This document shows positions 1 to 64,000 of a stretch of 64,000 bases of DNA, piece by piece. The notes under the pieces were generated by a model, which saw nothing but the letters and a program-made list of their open reading frames with translations, was not told the DNA's origin and did not search any database. Origin of the DNA: Octopus sinensis (Eukaryota); NCBI RefSeq assembly GCF_006345805.1, contig NC_042999.1:85560001-85624000 (forward strand), in the 5' to 3' direction. Both the position numbers and the translations under genes were made by a program. Each line of letters starts with the position of its first letter. The stretch's first letter is position 1.

Positions 1-112
1 TCCTTTCTTGTCTTTGCTATTTTCCTCCATGTACATAGAAATTTTAATGAAACAATTCGAAAGGAAAACAGTTTAAAGATTTCTCATGCATGCATACATA
101 CATGTGTGTATA

Positions 113-1331
113 TATTGGCTTTGTAAGAAAGTAATTTCAGTTTTTTAGTGTGAGTTGAAATTTTTTTTTTCATACAAAGAATGAACTTTAATCAATTCTA
201 TATTTTCCATTTTGTTCAATGACCTTTTGCCATCTTTCTAACTTCATGATTCTGTGCTCATAGAACTTCCGATCTTTATCAGCCAAAAACTGAAGCAAGT
301 GTGATTTCAGGTCATCATCATTATTAAAAGTTTAATCATTCAAAGAATTTTGAAAACTTTGAAATAAATGGTAATCTGATGGTGCAAGGTTGGGGGCTAT
401 ATGGATGTGACATCACTTCCCAACCAAGCTCCAGTAATTTTTTGTGAGTTAAGACGAGTGCGATCTAGTTCCATGGTGGAACATGATTCCTTTATGATTT
501 ACCAATTCTGGCTGTTTTTCTTTGATTGCTTCTTCGAGTTTCATTAGTTGTTGACTGTAAACATCCGAATTGTTTGGTTCCTTGGAAGCAGCTCAAAATA
601 CACAACACCTTTGTAATCCCACCAAATTGACAGCATGATTTTTTTTTTATTTTGATACAATTCAGCTTCAGTGTGATTTGTATTGGTTCATTACACTTGG
701 ACCATGATCGGTTTCAATTGATGTTATTGTAGACAAACCATTTTTCATCACCAGTGATGATTCGTTTAAAAAAAAAAGGTTGATTTCACTGTGTTTGAGA
801 TGCATATCGCTAATACTGATTCGTTGTGTTATGTGAATCTTTTTCAATTTATGTGGAATCCAAATATTGAGATTCTTGATGAATCCAAGACATTTTAAAT
901 GGTTTTCAATTGTTGTCTGCAATCTCTCGAACAGTTATGACAATCAGATTCAGTTATGACTTTGATTTGGTCATCATCAAATTCAGTAGGTTGACCAGAA
1001 TGTAGGTCATCTTCGAAAAATCTCAAGAACGGAATTTTTTAAACCATTTCTGACAATGCCATAAACTTCACATATCTCTTTGAGTCTCAGCTGCTTTTTT
1101 GCCTTTATGGAAATAAGAAAGCAAAATGTGTCAAATGCTCATTTTTGCACTCCATGTTAAAATTGACACTCAACTATCAACTGTAAACAAAATTACGTGC
1201 AATTTGCTTCAAAAGTAAAAGCTAAAAGTACTGGCTATCAAATGTCAAAGGAAAAATTCATAATCTTAACAAGTCATTAAAAAATTATAACTATTTGCAA
1301 AAAATGAAATTACTTTCTTGCCAACCCAACA
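113..1331 (-). mobile_element. Decayed near full-length mariner DNA transposon
   Basis: Imperfect TIRs (tattggctttgtaagaaagtaatttc at 113 vs reverse complement tgttgggttggcaagaaagtaatttc ending 1331). Minus-strand transposase relic from about 1155 (MECKNEH..., WIPHKL equivalent to WVPHEL), frameshifted. Confidence 0.85.
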
Positions 1332-2859
1332 GACACACACGCACTAATCCTTTTTTTTTTTAATGCTTTGTTAGAACAAGTCTGCATATGCTTTTACTAC
1401 AGTTAATACTAAAAAGTATTTTGTCCTTTAATAAGCAGTTAACATAAATGGACAGATACTGCCAATTACTTTCATTATAGAATAGTTACCTTCTTAGAAA
1501 TAGTTTACTTTATTACGATGTCTGAAGAATTATATATATGTGTAAGAGAGATAGAGAGAAAGGTTTGATGATGCAAACAGTTAAAAATGTCATGCTTTGA
1601 GTTCTGTTTTTCCTAATATTTAGCAGAAGCAACAGTGGTGCACAAAACCCTTAATCACTCTGTTGCTTCTGCTAAAATATTAATAATATATATTTAGTGT
1701 CCAACCCATGCTAGCATGGAAAGCGGACATTAAACGATGATGATGTGTTTGTCTTTTTCACTTTCCCATCCTCAAATGTCCACGATATGAAATTGAAAGT
1801 AATGGTATCTGGTAGCCATCTTGAGTAACGAAAAATGGCTGTGAAGACTTGGTAACTTAGTTTAATTTTAGAAATATACTTCTTTTGAATAGCTGTTCAA
1901 AATTATGTATATGGGATGAAAGTTATTGCACTCTGGGCCTTGAACACGAAACGTAGGAGGGCAAAGCGTTTAAATAAACCAAAAGAAATAGCTTTTAATA
2001 TTTTTGATTACTTTTTTTCAAAACCATCTTCAATTTTCCATGTTGTAAACATCAGATTCCAACTGTTAAATATAAAATTAAAAACACGAGAAAATAAAAT
2101 TTCTCAATTACACAAATTACCAAAATATGCAGAGTCAGAATCTCTGATGTTCAAAAGAAATCTGAAAAACTATTAGTGGAAGTGATTTACTGCTTTCCTC
2201 TTGTTTTACTGACTAAGCAATAATAAAATAGTTTCAGAACCACCACCCATTAATTTTCTGTTTTAAATTTCATTTTTCATTTGACACAATTTCACTTTTT
2301 TACACTCCAGCTTTGTTATTAAGCTAAATCTTTCTCAAATTATATTCTGTGGTGGGTGGTGTGGTGTCATTACTGAAATGCCTGTCTTGAGGCTAAATTA
2401 CATATAAGAACAAGCCACTCCATCCTTTAAAAAATTTTAAAGATGGAAACAAATTAAACCAAAGTTGAAGTGAAACTAAAAGGAACTGAATTGTTTAGGT
2501 AAAAATGGAAGCTTCCAGATCGAATTGTGGATGGGTGTTAAACTGTGCTGCTGTAAAGGAGATACATGGTTACCTGACCAGAGGGAAGGAGAGAGAGTGA
2601 TCAAGAATGAGGGCAGAAACAGGTTTATTGCTGTAGAGGAGATACATGGTTATTTGGGCAGAGCAAGGGAGAGAGTAGGAGACAGTAGGAGAAGGATGGC
2701 TGCAAGTACCAGGGTACACTTACAAGGAACAGGGATCAGGACAAAAATGGGACGGTAGAGTAAAGATAAGGGAGATGAATTGTAGTAACTGCTGGCTGGG
2801 TATCACCTAGGAGTCAGGAGTGGTGGAATGCAGTGACTGGAGTATACTGCCTTCATTTC

Positions 2860-3115
2860 CCTCTAGTCTACGCATGTCTCCCGCATTCAGAGTATGATGC
2901 ACCACCCTCATACAGTCTACCTTTCACTGTGAGAGAGTCCTTTTATTGCCAACAAAAGTAGTAGCTCTCTGAACTTTCTCCATCCTATTCATATTCTAGA
3001 AACAATACTTTCAGAGCATCCACCCCCATTGCTAATTTGATCAACTAGGTAACAAACTATCTACTACCTCAAGAGAGCCTCCTAGACATTTCAGAGAGTC
3101 TAAGTCCTGTGTGAT
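2860..3115 (-). mobile_element. RTE LINE internal fragment
   Basis: Similar to 10270-10450 of the larger RTE copy (ctgaactttctccatcc..., catacagtctacctt). Confidence 0.65.
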
Positions 3116-4619
3116 CTTAGTGCTTATTGTTTAAATATTTGCAGAAAACAAAGGACACAGTGTGTTGCAGTTTGTTGGATAGTGAAGTAATTTATTGTTA
3201 ATGCGATTACTGTATGTAACACCTGGTACATTTTACCATGAACACATGTTTTTCATGTTTAGAAAATAAATAATTCAGAGATACCATCTGCCTAAAAACA
3301 ATATTTGAATTAGTGTTAGCATATTTCATGCAGGTAGCATTAAAAAGCTAACTAGAAATATTTATGCTTTTTTATTTTTATTAACAGTTAACATGACACA
3401 TAGTAACATGACCTGTTATAACTAGCAGTCAAGTCTCCATCTGATATCCCGTTGTACTAGAATAAGATAAACTGCATTAGGTAATGTAGTTTTAGATCTA
3501 TTTCTTATGATAAAAAAAACTGGATAGTTATGGCTGGTGTCTCTCATAAATCTGTTCTTGATCAGTCTTATTTTGGATGTGATTAGCAGAAATCTAATTA
3601 CCAATGTTGCTTGATAAAAATTTAAAAGTTTTGTTACCATATTTCTGTGGAAATAACATTGTTTGAATAAATTTTTTAACTGAAGAATTTAGTAAAATAA
3701 ATTAAGCTGGTGTTAGGAACAATTTTTACAGGAAATTTTAATGGATGGTTATAATTTAGATCACTTAAAGTTTGTAACAACTAAAGACAGTCTCAAGTGG
3801 GTTGATATCAAAAGGGTTAATGCTTTTTATGCAAGTATTTTATGAGGACAGTTTCATTTCTAAAATTTTATAGTAATAAAATGTATCTCAGTTCCTTCTT
3901 GTGACTTGCATTTTCCCTTTGCAGTCTATAGTTTTTACTCTCTCACCTAGAAAAGTTCTTTTCTAGTTATCCCTAGTATCATACCAAATCACTCTGAAGA
4001 AGACATTTAATATTTTAATAGTCTCATTCTATAGTTTGCTAGATGTTTTGAAAACCAGGGATAAATGAATTTGGGAGCAAATTCAGTTAATTGTATGCAT
4101 TGCAGTCTGGGAATATTGTACTCACTTCACTCAATCTTTTTACATGTCTAGACTCTGGTGGTGGGCAAGGTGAACTTGATCTGTATGTTGCCATTTCCTT
4201 GCATTTAAACATTAGTGTGGTGCATATGAGTATTTGGGTCAGAAAGTTGTGACTTTATTTAGGTGTGTGCATTTGTTTGTCTTGACTTAGTAGGAGCTAC
4301 AGCATTCTTAAGATGTCCTGTTCTGAAGTATTGATTTTTTTTTTTTTTGGATGATTGTATGTAGTAGCAGGGGATGCAAGAAGTTTAGACTTAGCTGCAA
4401 TAAAAAATTATGTCCCTTGCATATTAATGTGCACTTTCATTTTTAGTATTTTTGTTTTGATGTCCTGCGTGATCATGCCAGTTACCAGCTTTTCCATAGA
4501 TTATTGATTAATAATATTACTGATTTTTCTGTGGTGTTGCTGAACTTTGCTTTAGTCTATTGTTAGTTTTTATCGGGCTGAGTAATTCAGTAGCGTAATT
4601 AGTTGTCTATTTTTATGCT

Positions 4620-5300
4620 GCCATTTTTTTTTAATAAAAAAAAAATTTTTTTAGGCGTGGTGATATCTTGTTGAATGTGTTCACTACCGTGTCTATGTTG
4701 ATGATGGAGTTGTTCTGCAAACCTAAATTTTTTTTCTGTAAGACATTCAACCAAGTCATTTGAATCTTGATTTTATTTTGTTCATTGATGTGTGTTACGA
4801 TAAGTAGGTTTGGTTGTGATAGCTACATGTATGGAGCGAGCAATGATTTCTATAGGGGATTTGTAATTAGCTTGGTAAGGTGTGTTGATTAGAACACAAA
4901 GGTAGTTTAGTTGTGATGCTATTGTATCACTCCTGTTGCCTATATTTTTATGGCTACACTAAAGTCTACTCCATTTAAATAGTGTTTTGATTTGTGTGTG
5001 AAGTTATTGTGTTTGGGACATTTTAGTGCCATAGTATGTAGACCAATTCTAGGGTATATTTTAGATTGCTAATTCCACCAAATATACCACTAGTTTTGCT
5101 TTATCAGCTCTCTCATTGCAAATGTTGTTTGCCTTTCTATAGGCTAATGTATTTTCTCTTGTGCTGATATTAGGAAATGCAATTGCATTATACATTAGAT
5201 CTCTTAGAAGTTAGTCCTGTTCTTGTGTATCTTTGAGGTGCTAATTCCCAAAATATCAGTTCTTTTTCAGATCTGCTGTTTTAATACAAAAATGGTATTA
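4620..5300 (-). mobile_element. Possible degenerate retroelement fragment with RNase H-like motif
   Basis: Minus-strand reading RKANNICNERADKAK around 5090-5140 resembles the RNase H GNERAD motif; otherwise heavily decayed, boundaries approximate. Confidence 0.3.
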
Positions 5301-5414
5301 ATGCTATTAATATATTTACATGCTATTAAAATTACCACATATTTCTAGATCAGTTTATTTCAGTACAAAAGCTTTGAGGAAAGGCAGTGAACCAAGGTAG
5401 CTCACTTTTACAAG

Positions 5415-6130
5415 TATTAGGCTGTCTGGAAAGTTATGAGCATTTTTTAATATGCAAGCAGGGATATAAATAATTGACCTTTCAATAAATTTTATTCAAT
5501 GAAAATTTCCATTATTATTAATGACCTTTACCCATCTATCAGTCAATTGAAATATTCCATCAGCATAAAATCTGACTGTTTTCGAAGAAAAAAAAATTAT
5601 CTAGATGCATGTTTTTCCTTGCAATGAGTTCTGTAGAGACGGAAACAAGTGGTAGTTGGATGGTGCAATATCAGGAGAATATGGTGGGTAGGGTAAGAGA
5701 TCCCAGCCAAGTTCACATAACTTTGTTCAGATACCAAAAGACACGTGGTTGGGCATTGTCTTGTTGGAACACTACCCCTTTCTTATTGGTAATCTCTGGC
5801 CTCAGTTCTTTGATGTTTTTGTATCAAACTAGCCAGCCTATGACAGTACTCATCAGAATTAGGGTTTGGTTTTGTGGGAGAAGCTCATGCTTTTATGATC
5901 CCATCAAACACAAACCATTGCTTTTTTGACATGGATATTCATCTTTGGTTGCTATTTTGGAGGATCTTTAGCAAACTCCAGGATCTTTTTCACACTACCC
6001 CATTACGGAGGATCTTTAGCAAACTCCAGGATCTTTTTCACACTACCCCATTACGGAGGATCTTTAGCAAACTCCAGGATCTTTTTCACACTACCCCATT
6101 ACAATTGATCTGGATCTAAACTACGACAAC
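5415..6130 (-). mobile_element. Second mariner remnant (C-terminal half plus one TIR)
   Basis: Minus strand gives PPYSPDIAPSNYHLF (YSPDLAP motif), VFQQDNAQP and a KAMVCV-WD relic; TIR-like tattaggctgtctggaaagt at 5415. Confidence 0.8.
5959..6102. repeat. Perfect 3 x 48 bp tandem repeat
   Basis: ggaggatctttagcaaactccaggatctttttcacactaccccattac at 5959, 6007 and 6055. Confidence 0.97.
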
Positions 6131-7171
6131 CAGAACACAATGTACATCCCAGTAATCACTTGACCTGTCAGAAATAGCAGTTAATTCTACTTTAGATCAC
6201 ATCCTATGGGAGAATACATTTATGTTGCATTTTCATGATTACTTGCAGCTATTAAAAAAGACACATGATCTTTTAGGAATAGTAGCACATCTCAAATCGC
6301 AGCCCATCTTATGTCTAAATGTTATATACATTGGATAGAAATAGCAGCCTTATCTCCTTCAAATGACAGCCTACCATCAGCAAAAGCACATATTTGATAA
6401 TGTAAGCCAGAGTCCTTTCACACACCTGAAATGGAGGATACTCATAAGTTGAATACTTTTCATCACGAGTCTGCTCCATAATGAATGACCTGGAACTAAA
6501 CCACAGGAGAATACACAACAAAAATATACATGAAATGAAGAAAAACCAAAGCAGACAATACAACTATGCACAACATATATGTAGTCTTGTTTTGTACCAA
6601 TCTGTTTGTTTCTCATTTTCTCATTCACTCTATTTTACTGACAAATACATCATATATAATAGAAATATATTCACTTTTCACTATGTTAAATACCATGTCA
6701 CTGCCAAATATGCAATCTTCAAAATAGCATGTTTGTGCTAGTATTTGATGTATATTGTGCAGGTGTGAGTGTGTGGATATGGACTTTAATTTCAAACCAT
6801 GTGGTTCTATCTCACCACATGGCTCCATGGGCCAACAAATACCTGTGAGCAAATTTGTTTGACAAACTGTATAAAAGCCTGTTTTGTTTGTGTGTGTGTG
6901 TGAATGTTTACATTCTGTATCTTTGTATGAAAGTTAATCAACAAATGGTGACATATTGACATTCTGTATCAACTCTCATGCTTTTGAAGACAAGTGGAAT
7001 AAAAAAAGAAAATCCCTTGAAAAATTGATAAGGGTTAGCAATAGGAAGGGTAATTGGCTCCTTAGGTTTTTATCCAACCTCCATTAGTTTGAAAAAACAA
7101 TGGATAAATATGTGTTTGTGAGTGCATTGGCATGACCCTATGGTTAAGCTATGTATATTAATTTCTTTTAG

Positions 7172-62192
<55,021 letters not shown>

Positions 62193-62507
62193 TGAAAACT
62201 TCATCTCTTTACACTTCCTTCAAAGACCCCAGTGTGTCCTTTCCTATTATCCAAATTAACCCTAATCCACAATAACCTCATTCAGTTCACCCAATCCCAA
62301 AGTTTCAGACCCTAATAATGTACTGCTTCTATCAACATTGTTGTCAGTTGTTTACATTGTTTTTTGTGATGATAAATTATGAAAGTATGGAAACTTAATT
62401 GTAGGAAATGTAAATTTTGTAAACAATAAATTGCCTGATAAGTTAATTTAGGAGGTATGCTATTTAGTTTGTTGCCACTTTGAAAGTCCAGTTTGTTTTT
62501 ATTTTTA

Positions 62508-63625
62508 TACTAGCTGATGTACCTGGTAATTCCCAGGGGTAAAGATGTTCTATTAAAACACCTTATTGCTCTGATATAAGAAAACAATTTCATTATAACT
62601 GCCCAAAAGGTGTATTTTTCATCATAAAAAAATACAAAAAAGTATCAGCTGGAGAAGGGAGAGATTGTTGGAAGTTGGCGAGAGAGGTTGGTGAGAGGTA
62701 AAGACATTCTGCTTAGTGAAGGCATCTGGGAAATGTATAACTGCTGTCGTTCACAGAAAAAAGTATTGTTTTACTGTGAGAAAAGCGCCGTTGACGTATT
62801 AAGTGAAATTTGGCAATCAAGGATCAAATCCACGCTATGCCTGCATGAAACCACTACAAATACATTGTGGAATAAAAAATTTATCTACTGTCATGGAAAG
62901 TGTAACTGTAAAAATGCAGAATTATCGGAGTAATGGGCATTCAAAAAAGTATGTATGTATAAAAATGTATGAATGAAGTCTTTAAGGTTTAAGATTCAAA
63001 TTAAGGAAGTGCAATAATAATGTTTAGCAGTTCAAAACTGTGAGTAGTGAAATGCAGAATTAGGTCAGCTGTTCGTGAGAATCAAATATTGATCGCTTCG
63101 CTAAAATCTGCAGGTGGTATGGGTTATTTCTCTTGGGTTGTTTAATTAAAATATTAGTAATATGTAGTAGAAGGATCCATTGGAAGGGTCCTATTAGCGA
63201 TCTTTTTCAACAAAGTATGTCACAAGGTTTCCAGACAGGAGTTCTACTCACATGTCAAATACAGTATAAAAGTGATATTGTCTGCAAAAATTAGAAATAG
63301 GACACAAAAAAATCAATATTCAAAGTAATTGAACATAAACAAGGAAATGGGTTATTTCCCTTCAGTATTTAAAAAAATATTGTACAGGTGCTATGGGTTA
63401 TTTCCCTTGGGTGTTTTAAAAAAAAATAGTTATATGAGGTAGATATAGAGGTCCCTTCCAGGGGCCATATTATCGATTTTTTTTCAACAGTCTAAGTATG
63501 TCATGAGGTTTTCAGATATAAGTTCTACTCACATGTCAAATTTTATCAAAATCAATAAAATGATTTAGGAGGAGTTAGCTAACAATGCCACAAACACACA
63601 CCGATTTTCCCATATGTAGTAGATA
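62508..63625 (+). mobile_element. Helitron-like non-autonomous element (Lep1-like architecture)
   Basis: Starts tactagctg followed by hairpin cctgg-taattc-ccagg, ends ...atgtagtagat; internal duplication of about 275 bp. Confidence 0.5.
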
Positions 63626-64000
63626 TATATTTTTAATGACTTATCAGTATTTCATTGTAAATACATTTCAGAGACTTTTGGATTACTGATCTGTGTGAAG
63701 ATCTACACACTTTTTTTCTGATTATAGTATGTTTTGGTAATCCACTTTTTTCATTATTTATGATAAGCTGTATCATTGCTATTCTACTGTTCCCCTGTGT
63801 TTACCATTCATTTCATTCCTCTATCTAATCCTCAGTACCTTGAGTTGGTATCAGGTGAGCATCTGATAATAGAAACTGCCCAAGTCTTCAACCCATTCCA
63901 GCATGAAAAAGACAAATAAAAATGAGTCTTCTATCTTTAATCATCTGTTCCCAATGTATTTCTCCATCTAAACCTTTCCCCTTCTTTCATTCTTTATAAC

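Noticed and set aside
5959-6102. Direct repeats as a CRISPR array
   Set aside because: Units are contiguous with no unique spacers, and the context is a eukaryotic intron
1-7171. Dynein start codon, first exon or promoter
   Set aside because: No segment resembling the N-terminal 85 or so residues and no CpG-rich promoter seen; presumably upstream of the window

Overview
AT-rich metazoan genomic DNA, most likely a coleoid cephalopod (octopus-like, judged from remembered SINE and RTE-LINE tail families; not verified by search). The window is occupied by one + strand gene, cytoplasmic dynein 1 heavy chain (DYNC1H1). I traced 54 GT-AG exons from 7172 to 62090 (8705 nt, about 2900 codons, frame continuous, no stops). 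They cover the tail, linker, AAA1-AAA3 and the AAA4 P-loop. The first exon lies upstream of the window and the C-terminal third lies downstream. Introns hold decayed mobile DNA: two mariner remnants, RTE LINE fragments, a Chapaev3-like transposase remnant, two Helitron/Helentron-like non-autonomous elements and many tRNA-derived SINEs. I found no CRISPR, prokaryotic feature or clearly new gene system. The best lead is two glycines that I recall as near-invariant in dynein motor motifs (MNPGYAGR in AAA1, YGTQR in AAA3). Here they are encoded as Asp (GAT), so a single A-to-I edit would restore each. Further S-to-G candidates point the same way. All orthologue comparisons are from memory and need alignment.
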